The notes under the pieces are model-generated. The model was not told the origin of the DNA, made no database searches, and saw nothing but the letters and a program-made list of their open reading frames with translations. Source: Candidatus Latescibacterota bacterium (GTDB taxonomy: Bacteria > Latescibacterota > UBA2968 > UBA8231). Taken from it: DNA of 64,000 bases. The stretch lies in assembly GCA_965203355.1 (NCBI GenBank), contig OZ241889.1:3360001-3424000 (forward strand), in the 5' to 3' direction. This document shows positions 47,727-56,896 of the stretch, piece after piece (the first letter of the stretch is position 1; the number at the start of each line of letters is the position of its first letter). A program made the translations under genes and the position numbers.

Positions 47727-47855
47727 TAGTGGCCACTGATTAGCGTGGAGAGCAAAGATAGTACAATATAATCGGGGGACATTGCGTCCCATTAACCAAG
47801 GTCGCCTATGCACAGGCGATTCGCACCTAAAAGCAAGCCTAAAGGAGGTGCTTTT

Positions 47856-48752
47856 ATGCGACTCATCCGTACGTTTTGCCTCATGCTGGCCCTAGCGCTG
47901 GCTGGCACGGCCCATGCTCACATCGGCGAAAAGGTCTTTCTGATCTTCGAGATTCCAGACGCCGACTTGGGCAGTATCGACCTCTTTGATGGGGACATCT
48001 CCGACTGGGAGGATGTGGTCGGCGATGCTTCGCTCGCGCCGCCGGACTTTTTTGCCGATCCAACCGTTGGCGACGGGGCGCAGTACAATCCGGCCGATCT
48101 GGACTACCGGATCTGGCTAGGTTGGAACGACACCAACAATCGGCTCTATTTAGCGGCCGAGCGCATTGATGACGTTTACATCAACGAGTACGCTGGCGGC
48201 GCGCCCGCTTCGGTGTGGCAGTACGACTCGGTCGAGTTTATGGTAGATGGAGACCACTCGGGCGGCCAGTACAATTTCAACAACGACGAGACCATGACCG
48301 ACGAGGAGAAGGCACTCAATCAGAACCGCCAAGCCCAGAAGTGGAACGCGATTTTCGACGTGCCCGATGGACGATTTTTGGGCTATCCCGGCCGGGCTAG
48401 TTGGCTCAGCTCGCCCCCCTTGAGCGACGGCGGCGGTAGGTCTGTCGGCGGCGGGCCAACCGTGTCGGTGCTCGAAATCTACGTCACGCCCTATGACGAT
48501 ATCGTCTTCAGCGACCAAGCGGCCAGCGTGGCTACAGACCTAGAGGCCGGTAACATCATTGGCTTCCAGATCGCCATGCCGGACTTCGATACCGCGCCTC
48601 AGGAATACCGGGCCTATCACACCCTCTCCGGCCAAGCGGCGACCTTCCGCTTTGCCGAGCGTTTCGTCGATGGCCAGCTAGTCGGTGCCGACGACGCGAC
48701 GGCGGTGGCCGATCGGTCGTGGGCGCGGATCAAGGCGAGTTTTAGCGAGTAG
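47856..48752 (+). CDS. Secreted CBM9/DOMON-like protein with C-terminal TAVADRSWARIK motif
   Basis: Signal peptide AHA; DGDISDW, GWNDTNNRLY, WQYDSVEFMVDGDH, GNIIG. Paralogue of 29332-30225. AAGGAGG RBS. Confidence 0.6.
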   Translation: MRLIRTFCLMLALALAGTAHAHIGEKVFLIFEIPDADLGSIDLFDGDISDWEDVVGDASLAPPDFFADPTVGDGAQYNPADLDYRIWLGWNDTNNRLYLAAERIDDVYINEYAGGAPASVWQYDSVEFMVDGDHSGGQYNFNNDETMTDEEKALNQNRQAQKWNAIFDVPDGRFLGYPGRASWLSSPPLSDGGGRSVGGGPTVSVLEIYVTPYDDIVFSDQAASVATDLEAGNIIGFQIAMPDFDTAPQEYRAYHTLSGQAATFRFAERFVDGQLVGADDATAVADRSWARIKASFSE

Positions 48753-48764
48753 GTTTTCAGCGTT

Positions 48765-48811
48765 ACCCCCTGCGAGAGAGGGAGTACTTCTCTCACAGGG
48801 GGTGTATTTTT
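48765..48811 (+). terminator. Rho-independent terminator
   Basis: Stem ACCCCCTGCGAGAGAG...TTCTCTCACAGGGGGT followed by GTATTTTT. Confidence 0.7.
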
Positions 48812-48832
48812 GGGTAGGTACTCGAAACCAGC

Positions 48833-51130
48833 TTGAAAACAACAACACCTAACAAAGCCATCGGCTGGACGGTCGTCGTGCTTTGGCTGCTTTGCGGCTC
48901 GGCGACAGCGCAAGCGACGACGCGCATTGAAGTGCCCATTTTTGAGGGCGGCGCGGGACTCGATTTTTTCTTTTTCGCAGCCCGCGAATACGAAAAGGTC
49001 CGTCCCGAAGTACAGGTCGATCTATACGGCGACCCGCGCATCGCCGACAAGGTGCGAGTGCGGATTCTCGAAGGGACGTTCCCGGAAGTTAGCAACGCGG
49101 GTCTCAATTATTGGGCGCTGATCCGCAATGGCGAAATCCTACCCCTCGACGAGTTTTTGGACGGCCCGAGCTGGGACGGGGACCGGACGTGGCGCGCATC
49201 CTTCCTGCCCGGCAGTCTCGACCGCTATGCGTATCAAGGCAAGATATACGGCCTCCCGTTCCTCTACTCGGTTTACGCCGTTTGGTACAACAAGAACATG
49301 TTTGAAGAACACGGCTGGGAACCGCCGCGCACTTGGGACGAGTTTTTCGCGCTCTGCGAGCAAATTCGCGCCGCCGGGGTCTGGCCGCTGGCCTTTCAGG
49401 GGCGTTATCCAAGCTACATCGGCGGCGTGACCGACAACGCCTATTATCACTTGGCCGGCCGCGCGCGGTTCTACGAGCAGAAGGAGCTCGTGCCGGGCAG
49501 TTTTGCCAACCCGGAATACGCGACCGCACTCGGGCTTATTCAGCGCACGGCGCAGGCGTACTTCCAGCCCGGCGCGCTCGGCATGAGCCACACCGAGGCG
49601 CAGCTTGAGTTTTTCTTGGGGCACACTGCGATGGTCTTTTGCGGCTCTTGGCTCAAAAGCGAGATGATGGGCAAAATCCCCGATGGCTTTCGCTTGGGAG
49701 CGTTTAATCTGCCCGTGGTCGAGGGTGGGGTTGGCGAACCCGGTGCCATATATACGGGTGCCGGGTATTACTTTGTCTTCAAAAACAGCGCCCAGCCCGA
49801 GTTGGGCGTGGATTTTTTGCGCTTTATGACCTCGCGGGAGATGGCCGGCACCTTTGCCGAGATGCGCGATATTTTGGTGGCTGTCGATGGGGCGATGGCC
49901 GGGCGGACCAGCGCAGACTTGCAGGACTTAGTGGCGCTGGCGCAGCAGGCTTCTACGGCCTATGGCAGTGCCCCGGGCGAGGGTTTCCCGGAGATGGACC
50001 AGTTCCTCAATGATGTGCGCTTCAAGATCGTCAATGGGCAGATGACGCCCGAGGAAGGGGCCAAAGCGCTGGAGTCGGCGGCTGAAGCGGTGCGCAACCG
50101 CAGCCAACATCCGGATCGGATTACCATCCGCCACCTGTGGAAGCCCGCACTGCTGTTGGGCCTGTTGGCGCTGGCGATGGGCTATTGGTTTTACACGACG
50201 GCGCGGCAATGGCGCACGCGACAGATCGGCCAAGCTCCTCGACCTACTAGCACGGTGCGCCTGCCTTGGACCGGGGTGGTGTTTTTCGTCGGTCCGGCGG
50301 CGGCGTTCTACACGCTCTTCGTGGTGGTGCCCAGCATCAAGGCTTTCGTCTGGAGCGCGATGCGCTGGGATGGGCTGACCGAGATGGCCTTCGTCGGGCT
50401 GTTGCACTTCCAGCGGCTGCTGTTTGAGAGCGATGAGTTCTGGATCGCGCTGTCGAACAATCTCTTCATCATGTTCGTCATCCCGCTCTGCGTATTGCCG
50501 TTGTCGCTTTTTTTGGCCGTGTGCATCAGCCGCGAGGTCGTAGGGGCTAAGCTCTTCCGCATCGTCTTTTTCTTTCCCAACATACTCGGCGGAGTCGCGG
50601 CGACTTTGCTATGGATGCACTTGTACAATCCACAGGGCGGACCGATCAACACGGTGTTGGTCGCATTGGGATTGGAGGGGTTTGCGGGGTTTGCGTGGCT
50701 GGCACAGGACAATCTTTACTGGGCGCTGATTCCCATGTCGATTTGGGGCGCGGCTGGGTTCAACATGGTGCTGTTTTTGGCGGCGATGGAGAGCATTCCG
50801 CAGAGCATGTACGAGGCGGCTGACATCGACGGGGCCTCGGCTTGGCGGCAGTTTTGGTCGATTACTATACCGCTGATTTGGGAGGTCTTGTCGATAGCGA
50901 TCGTTTTTATGATCATCGGCGGCATGAAGGCGTTTGAGGTGATTTGGCTGCTGACCAATCAGCGGCCGACGACCGACAATCACGTGATTGGTACGCGGAT
51001 GGTGCAGGCGATGTTCACCGAGTTTAAGGTCGGGGAGGCTACGGCGATTGCCGTGCTGCTCTTCTTGATCGTCTTCTTTGGCACTACCGCGACCTTGCGT
51101 GCCATGAAGCGCGAAGCGGTGGAGTTTTGA
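48833..51130 (+). CDS. Carbohydrate ABC transporter, fused substrate-binding protein and permease
   Basis: N-terminal SBP family 1 (PIFEGG, YGLP, WYNK, PRTWDEF) continuous with permease (FVGPAA, FFFPNIL, IPQSMYEAADIDGA). Confidence 0.85.
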   Translation: MKTTTPNKAIGWTVVVLWLLCGSATAQATTRIEVPIFEGGAGLDFFFFAAREYEKVRPEVQVDLYGDPRIADKVRVRILEGTFPEVSNAGLNYWALIRNGEILPLDEFLDGPSWDGDRTWRASFLPGSLDRYAYQGKIYGLPFLYSVYAVWYNKNMFEEHGWEPPRTWDEFFALCEQIRAAGVWPLAFQGRYPSYIGGVTDNAYYHLAGRARFYEQKELVPGSFANPEYATALGLIQRTAQAYFQPGALGMSHTEAQLEFFLGHTAMVFCGSWLKSEMMGKIPDGFRLGAFNLPVVEGGVGEPGAIYTGAGYYFVFKNSAQPELGVDFLRFMTSREMAGTFAEMRDILVAVDGAMAGRTSADLQDLVALAQQASTAYGSAPGEGFPEMDQFLNDVRFKIVNGQMTPEEGAKALESAAEAVRNRSQHPDRITIRHLWKPALLLGLLALAMGYWFYTTARQWRTRQIGQAPRPTSTVRLPWTGVVFFVGPAAAFYTLFVVVPSIKAFVWSAMRWDGLTEMAFVGLLHFQRLLFESDEFWIALSNNLFIMFVIPLCVLPLSLFLAVCISREVVGAKLFRIVFFFPNILGGVAATLLWMHLYNPQGGPINTVLVALGLEGFAGFAWLAQDNLYWALIPMSIWGAAGFNMVLFLAAMESIPQSMYEAADIDGASAWRQFWSITIPLIWEVLSIAIVFMIIGGMKAFEVIWLLTNQRPTTDNHVIGTRMVQAMFTEFKVGEATAIAVLLFLIVFFGTTATLRAMKREAVEF

Positions 51131-51132
51131 GC

Positions 51133-51990
51133 ATGGCAGAACGAGAAAAGTTTTCCATTGCCAAACCTTTGGTCTATTTAGTGCTATGCGGCTATCTGAC
51201 GGTTGTGGTCTATCCGATGCTGTGGCTTTTGTACACGGCACTAAAGACGGACCGCGAGATTTTCCTCAATCCCTTTAGCCTGCCCGAACTCGGCGATTTG
51301 CAATGGATCAACTTTGTCAACGCTTGGACTAAGGGGCACTTCGGCGACTACTTTTTTAACAGCGTCTTTTTGACCGTCTCGACGGTGGCCGTCTCCATGC
51401 TGCTGGCGGCACTAGCGGCCTATGCGCTGGCGCGTTTTAGCTTCTTTGGCGTGAGGCCGATGTTTTTCTACTTCTTGGCCGGGCTGATGATTCCGTTGCA
51501 ACTGTCGATTGTGCCGCTCTTTTTTCAGATGAAGGACTTTGGCCTGCTCAACTCGCGGCTGGGTATCTTGATGGTCTATGTGGCCTTTGGGATGCCGTTT
51601 GCCATCTTTATCCTCACCGGGTTTTTCAAGTCTTTGCCCTCGGGGTTGCACGAGTCGGCGCTGATTGATGGGGCCGGGGAGTTTCGGGCGTTTTGGTCGA
51701 TTATGCTGCCGTTGGCGCGGCCGGGGCTTATCACGGTGGGCATCTTCGCCTTTTTGGGGACTTGGAACGAGTTTTTCATGGCCTTTATGTTCCTGTCTGG
51801 GGAGGGGTCGCAGGCGTTGCGGACGCTGCCGTTGGGGCTGGCTAATATCACCATTGTCAGTCAGTATCGCAGCGATTGGGGCATGGCCTTTGCCGGATTG
51901 GTGCTGATCATGGCGCCGACGATGCTGGTGTATGCTTTCTTGCAGCAATATCTGACGAAGGGGATTACTGTTGGGGCGCTTAAGGGGTAG
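51133..51990 (+). CDS. Carbohydrate ABC transporter permease
   Basis: YFFNS, AAYALAR, EAA loop LHESALIDGA, WNEFF, QQYLTKGITVGALKG. Confidence 0.93.
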   Translation: MAEREKFSIAKPLVYLVLCGYLTVVVYPMLWLLYTALKTDREIFLNPFSLPELGDLQWINFVNAWTKGHFGDYFFNSVFLTVSTVAVSMLLAALAAYALARFSFFGVRPMFFYFLAGLMIPLQLSIVPLFFQMKDFGLLNSRLGILMVYVAFGMPFAIFILTGFFKSLPSGLHESALIDGAGEFRAFWSIMLPLARPGLITVGIFAFLGTWNEFFMAFMFLSGEGSQALRTLPLGLANITIVSQYRSDWGMAFAGLVLIMAPTMLVYAFLQQYLTKGITVGALKG

Positions 51991-51994
51991 GGGT

Positions 51995-52315
51995 GCGGAG
52001 TACCGCCGCATGGTCGCTGCGCTTGCGGACGCGGCCGATTCTGCTGCCATCGAACGGGCGTGGGCCGAGGACGCAGCCGGCGAGACGATTCCGGGCGAAG
52101 TCGTAAAGGCCATTCTCGCTGGAGAATCGGCCTTGCGCGTGTGGCGGAAGCACCGCGAATTCACGCTGGACGAGTTGGCTGAGCAAGTGGGCGTCTCAAA
52201 AGGGTATTTGTCGCAGATTGAGAACGGACAGAAGTCCGGGACACTCAGCCTATTTCGCCGACTCGCGGGTGTGCTCAATGTAGCGCTGGACGAGTTAGCA
52301 CACCCAACGAGCTAA
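51995..52315 (+). pseudogene. XRE-HTH antitoxin (HigA-like), probably 5'-truncated and without toxin
   Basis: EYRRMVAALADAAD...IPGEVVKAILAGESALRVWRKHR..TLDELAEQVGVSKGYLSQIENG. It begins immediately after the permease stop with no clear RBS. Confidence 0.6.
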
Positions 52316-52503
52316 TGGGACCTTAGAGATTCATACTCGCGCAACTGCCCTTCTAAGCCGGCGATCTGACTGCTCAGGGCCTCGCGTTGCGCCTTGACAA
52401 TAAGCGGATGTACTCCGTCGGCCTCGCCGAGGCTCTGCAAGGTCTGTGAGAACCGATTTGCCTGCGCTTTGGTGAGTCGGTATTGCCTTTCGTTTTTGAT
52501 CAT
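52312..52503 (-). pseudogene. N-terminal part of an XRE-family regulator/antitoxin, HTH lost
   Basis: MIKNERQYRLTKAQ...QLREYESL is an N-terminus normally followed by an HTH domain; here it stops at 63 aa. Confidence 0.55.
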
Positions 52504-52558
52504 TGGAAGCCTCCCAAGTCTAGGGCAATAATCCCTTTAGATTCGATTCTCCCATAGT

Positions 52559-52885
52559 TCAGTCTCGGCAGACATAGACGGTCTTGCCCTCGCGTAGCGC
52601 GTGAGAAATAAAAGAAAGAGGCGACTGTTGGCCTTTTTCTATTTCGTCCGGGGTGTATACCAGCAAGTCCATGCCGAATGGATACGGGCGTAGCGATTTA
52701 TAGAGGGCGCGGCTGCGTTTGAAGCGCGGTAGGTCGCTTGGGGCGATCACGAGTAAATCGACGTCACTATGCTCGGTAGCCTCGTCTCGGGCATAGGAGC
52801 CGAATAAGATGACCTGCTCGGCGTCTGCTTGGCGACCAATGCGTTCGGCGACGCGCCGTATGTCTTGCTCGCGGATTTTATTCAT
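52559..52885 (-). CDS. Minimal nucleotidyltransferase (MNT) antitoxin
   Basis: VILFGSYAR...SDVDLLVI, DLLVYTPDE, EGKTVY. An overlapping 12-codon stub MSAETELWENRI lies where a HEPN gene is expected. Confidence 0.88.
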   Translation of the reverse strand: MNKIREQDIRRVAERIGRQADAEQVILFGSYARDEATEHSDVDLLVIAPSDLPRFKRSRALYKSLRPYPFGMDLLVYTPDEIEKGQQSPLSFISHALREGKTVYVCRD

Positions 52886-53046
52886 TGGAAGCCTCTCATT
52901 TTTAGAGGATAGGACGGCGACTAGGAGCCGTCAATTTTCTATCTTGCCGGCGTCATCTGTTTGCGAGTAGGTTATGGGTAACTAAGATAAATGTAGGAGC
53001 CAGCCCTTGACCTCGCCGGGATCGGCGGTAGAATTGACGTGATTTT

Positions 53047-53688
53047 ATGAAACGAAAAGTGAAATACATCGCCTGGGTCCTCGCGCTACTCGGCGGCAGC
53101 GTTTCCGCCGAAGAAGCCGAGTCCCGCCGCGTCATGCTCTTTTTTGGCGATAGCTTGACCGCTGGCTATGGCCTCGACCGCGAACAGGCTTTCCCGGCCT
53201 TGGTACAGGCGCGGATCGATTCGCTCGGCTGGAACTTTGAGGTTTTCAATGCCGGGCTTGGCGGCGAGACTTCGGCCGGTGGCTTGCGCCGCATTGATTG
53301 GCTCTTGCGCCGCCCGATTGACGTTTTCGTCCTCGAGTTGGGGGCCAACGACGGCCTGCGCGGCATAGACCCCAAAGACACCCACGCCAACTTGCAACAA
53401 ATCGTCGAGCGGGTGAAAGCGAAAAATCCCGCCGCGGCCTTGGTCATCGCCGGGATGCAGATGCCACCCAATATGGGCGCGAAATACACCGAGGCGTTTG
53501 CGGCGATTTTTCCGGCGTTGGCCAAAGAAAACGGCGCGGCCTTGATTCCCTTTTTGTTAGAAGGCGTGGCCGACCAGCCCGCGCTGAATCTGCCCGACGG
53601 CAACCATCCCAACGTCGAAGGCCATCGGATTGTCGCCGAAACCGTGTGGGCGACGCTGGGGCCGGTGCTGGAGGCGTTGCGCCGCTAA
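53047..53688 (+). CDS. tesA: Arylesterase / acyl-CoA thioesterase I (SGNH hydrolase, TesA-like)
   Basis: GDSLTAGYG, GETSAGG, ELGANDGLRG, PPNMG, DGNHPN. Confidence 0.85.
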   Translation: MKRKVKYIAWVLALLGGSVSAEEAESRRVMLFFGDSLTAGYGLDREQAFPALVQARIDSLGWNFEVFNAGLGGETSAGGLRRIDWLLRRPIDVFVLELGANDGLRGIDPKDTHANLQQIVERVKAKNPAAALVIAGMQMPPNMGAKYTEAFAAIFPALAKENGAALIPFLLEGVADQPALNLPDGNHPNVEGHRIVAETVWATLGPVLEALRR

Positions 53689-56210
53689 CCGAGCGAGCGC
53701 AGGACTTCGAGGGGTGGGCTGCTGTGGACGCCGCGACTGGAGATCATGCCAACGGCGACCGTTAGCAGGCTGACCGCGGCAACGGCGAGGATCAGCGGCA
53801 GGTAATAGGGCGCGAAGCTGATCTCGAAGAGATAGCGGCTCAAAGCCCAGACGCCCCCCAGCGACAAAATCGCCCCGGTCGCCGCCGCAAAAGCTCCCAA
53901 AAACAGATATTCGAGCGCCATGATCGCTACCACTTGGCGGCGGCTGGCTCCCAAGGTCTTGAGCAAGACGCTTTCCTCAATGCGTTGGTAGCGGCTGCTG
54001 GCAATCACGCCGACGAGCACGATCAGGCCAACCGAGACGCTGAAAAAGGCCATAAAGCGCACCACTAGCGCAACCTTGTCGAGGATGGTATCGACCGTGC
54101 TGAGGATGCTGCCGAGATCGATGACCGAGACATTGGGAAACCGCTGCACGGTGGCCTGCTGCAAGGCGGCCATTTGCGCGGTCGTGGCAGCGCGGGTGAC
54201 GAGGACGTGGGATTGCGGTGCGGCTTCGAGGATGCCGGGCGGGAAGACCACCAGAAAGTTGGGCATGATGCGCTGCCAGTTGACTTGGCGCAGGCTGCCG
54301 ACGACCACCTCGATCGGGACGCCTTGGACATCAAAGGTCAGGGAGTCGCCGACGCCAACGTCCAAAGAAGAAGCGACGTTTGTTGCCAAGGAGACGTAGA
54401 GGGTGTCGCCCGCAGGTTGGCTGCGCCACGTGCCGGCGACGATTTCTTCGGTGTTGGTGAGGGAATCGCGGTACGTTGCGCGATACTCGTGCCGCAAGGC
54501 CCAGTTGCCGCGTCGGTCGCTAGCGGTGGTGTCGCGGAGCATGGCGCGGACGGGTTGGCCCTTGACGCTGTGGATGTGCATGGTGACGATGGGCATCTGT
54601 TGCAACAGCGGCAGTTCCATCCCGGCGACGAGGGTGTTCAGCGCTTGGCGCTGGTCGTTTTGGATGTCGAAGAGCACGACGTTGGGATTTTGGTCGGAGC
54701 CGACGCTTTTGATATAGGACAGCAGGTTACTCTGGGTGAGGAAAAGGGTGCTGAGCAGAAAAGTCCCCAGCCCGAGGCCCAACATCAGCAGCGTAGTCTG
54801 GTTGTTGGGCCGGTAGAGATTGGCCAAGCCCTGACGCCAGATATAGCTCCAAGAGGCGGGAAAAAATCGCCGGGTGCCGTAGATGATCGAGCGGGCGGTC
54901 AGCGTTAGGAGCGCAAAAGCGACGCCAACCCCGCCGACAAAGCCGAAAGCCAGCGGCCAGCGGTCGGTGAGCCGGTAGGCAAAAAGCACCGTCGTCAAAA
55001 CGATTCCCAAGTACAAAGCCCAGCGCAGCAGGCCGCTGTCGGCGGGATTGGCGTCTTCAAACGAGGCGCGCAAAGTCAGCAGCGGCGAGGTCTTGTGGAT
55101 GGCCAGCAGGGGCCGAGCAGCAAACAGCAGCGACAGGCTAATGCCGAGGCCGAGGCCCTCCAAGACCGCAAGCCGATCAAAACGCGGCTCGACTTGGAGG
55201 GGCAGCACGTCGGCGAGGACGTTGGGGAGCAGGTAGAGGACCCCGACCCCGAGCAGGACGCCCATGAGCGAGCCGACCAAGCCCATGCCGCCGGCTTGGA
55301 TTAGATAGATCGAGACGGTCTGCCGGGCGGTGGCACCGAGGCTGCGCAGCACCGCAACGGTGGGCAACTTCTGCCGCGTATAGGTGTGAATGGCGCTGGC
55401 CACGCCCACGCCGCCGAGTAGCAGGGCGATAAAGCTGCCGAGGTTTAAGAAGCGATAGAGGTTGTTGAGGGTGCGGCCGAGGCGGGCTTTGCGGCTCTCG
55501 ATGGTTTCGAGCCGGAGGCGGTCGCCTCGGGTGTGCGGCCGGATGGACTTGGCTATCGCTTGGACATCCCGCTCGGGGAAGCGGAAGAATGCGGTGTACG
55601 TGACGCGGCTGCCTCGTTGGATCAGGCGGGTGCGGTCGAGGTAGGACATCGGGATGTAAACGCGCGGTTGGATGTCGCTGAAGAGGGCGTTCTCGCCGGG
55701 TATGCGCAGGAGCCGCCCGCCAATGCAAAAGACCGTGTCGCCGATCTTGATGGAGTCGCCGACCGCCGCGTCAAACTGCAACATGAGGGCGTCGTCAACG
55801 AGGGCGTGAGGCTGGGTGCGGAAGTGCTGCGCGGCTTCGGCCGGTGCCGTTTTTAGCTCGCCGTAAAAGGGGAAAGGGCCGTCAAGGGCGCGGATCTGGG
55901 CGAGGCGGGTACTGTGGGTCTTGGGCAGGTAAATCATGGAATTGAAGGCGATTTGGCGCGCCTGAACCCCGCCGAGCGAGTCCACGAGCGTCTCGGTGGC
56001 GGGCGCGAAGGGCTGGCGGCTCGTCAAGGCCATATCGGCACCTAAGAGCTCGGCGGCTTGTTGGTCCATGGCCTCTTGCAACGTGGAACTGAGGCTGCCC
56101 AAGCCGACGAGCGCACCGATGCCGATGGAGATCGCAGAGGTAAAAAGCAGGAGTTTGCGGTGGTGGCTGCGGCTATCGCGCCAAGCCATTGTACCGAGCC
56201 AAGCCATCAT
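53685..56210 (-). CDS. ABC transporter permease, YbbP/FtsX-like
   Basis: MAWRD, LLGAD, FPFYG, LGGVGVA, LRSLGA, FDIQ, LRQVNW..PNF, LKTLGAS, PPLEVLR. Confidence 0.9.
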   Translation of the reverse strand: MMAWLGTMAWRDSRSHHRKLLLFTSAISIGIGALVGLGSLSSTLQEAMDQQAAELLGADMALTSRQPFAPATETLVDSLGGVQARQIAFNSMIYLPKTHSTRLAQIRALDGPFPFYGELKTAPAEAAQHFRTQPHALVDDALMLQFDAAVGDSIKIGDTVFCIGGRLLRIPGENALFSDIQPRVYIPMSYLDRTRLIQRGSRVTYTAFFRFPERDVQAIAKSIRPHTRGDRLRLETIESRKARLGRTLNNLYRFLNLGSFIALLLGGVGVASAIHTYTRQKLPTVAVLRSLGATARQTVSIYLIQAGGMGLVGSLMGVLLGVGVLYLLPNVLADVLPLQVEPRFDRLAVLEGLGLGISLSLLFAARPLLAIHKTSPLLTLRASFEDANPADSGLLRWALYLGIVLTTVLFAYRLTDRWPLAFGFVGGVGVAFALLTLTARSIIYGTRRFFPASWSYIWRQGLANLYRPNNQTTLLMLGLGLGTFLLSTLFLTQSNLLSYIKSVGSDQNPNVVLFDIQNDQRQALNTLVAGMELPLLQQMPIVTMHIHSVKGQPVRAMLRDTTASDRRGNWALRHEYRATYRDSLTNTEEIVAGTWRSQPAGDTLYVSLATNVASSLDVGVGDSLTFDVQGVPIEVVVGSLRQVNWQRIMPNFLVVFPPGILEAAPQSHVLVTRAATTAQMAALQQATVQRFPNVSVIDLGSILSTVDTILDKVALVVRFMAFFSVSVGLIVLVGVIASSRYQRIEESVLLKTLGASRRQVVAIMALEYLFLGAFAAATGAILSLGGVWALSRYLFEISFAPYYLPLILAVAAVSLLTVAVGMISSRGVHSSPPLEVLRSLG

Positions 56211-56896
56211 GGGATTAGCTGATCGTCGGCGACTCGGCCGCCTTGGAGGCGGATGATGCGCTGGGTGAGGCGGGCCAGTGTCTGGTCGTGGGTGACCAAA
56301 ATTAGGGTGGCCTTGGATTCTTGGTTGAGGCTAAAGAGCAAGTCCCGCACTTTGCCGCTGGTGCCGTCGTCGAGGTTGCCGGTAGGCTCGTCGGCAAAGA
56401 GGAGGGCCGGGCGGTTGACAAAGGCCCGCGCCAGCGCCACGCGCTGCTGCTCGCCTCCTGAAAGCTGCGCTGGGTAATGGTGCAGCCGGTCGCCTAAGCC
56501 CACTCGGTCGAGGAGGTCGCGGGCGCGCTCGCGGGCGGCTGGCTCGCGGCGCAATTCGAGCGGCACCATGGCGTTTTCGAGGGCGCTGAGGGTGGGGATG
56601 AGCTGGAAGTTTTGGAAAACGAAGCCGACTTTTGCGCTGCGGAGGTGTGCGCGTTGGTCTTCGTCGAGACGGCCTAAATCCACCCCGTCGAGCGCGACCG
56701 ATCCCGAACTCGCGCGATCCAAGCCCGCGCACAATCCGAGCAGCGTGGTTTTGCCGCTGCCCGAAGGGCCGACGACCGCGCAGGTCGATCCGGTTGCGAG
56801 GGCGAAACTCACATCGTCGAGGACGGTCAGGGCGTTTGCGCCGGTGCCGTAGGTTTTGGTTAGGTGTTGGACGTTTAGGGCTATTGGGTCGCCCAT
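56207..56896 (-). CDS. ABC transporter ATP-binding protein, YbbA-like
   Basis: GPSGSGKTT, GFVFQNFQL, HYPAQLSGGEQQRVA, ADEPTGNLD, VTHD. GGAGG RBS before 56896. Confidence 0.92.
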   Translation of the reverse strand: MGDPIALNVQHLTKTYGTGANALTVLDDVSFALATGSTCAVVGPSGSGKTTLLGLCAGLDRASSGSVALDGVDLGRLDEDQRAHLRSAKVGFVFQNFQLIPTLSALENAMVPLELRREPAARERARDLLDRVGLGDRLHHYPAQLSGGEQQRVALARAFVNRPALLFADEPTGNLDDGTSGKVRDLLFSLNQESKATLILVTHDQTLARLTQRIIRLQGGRVADDQLIP

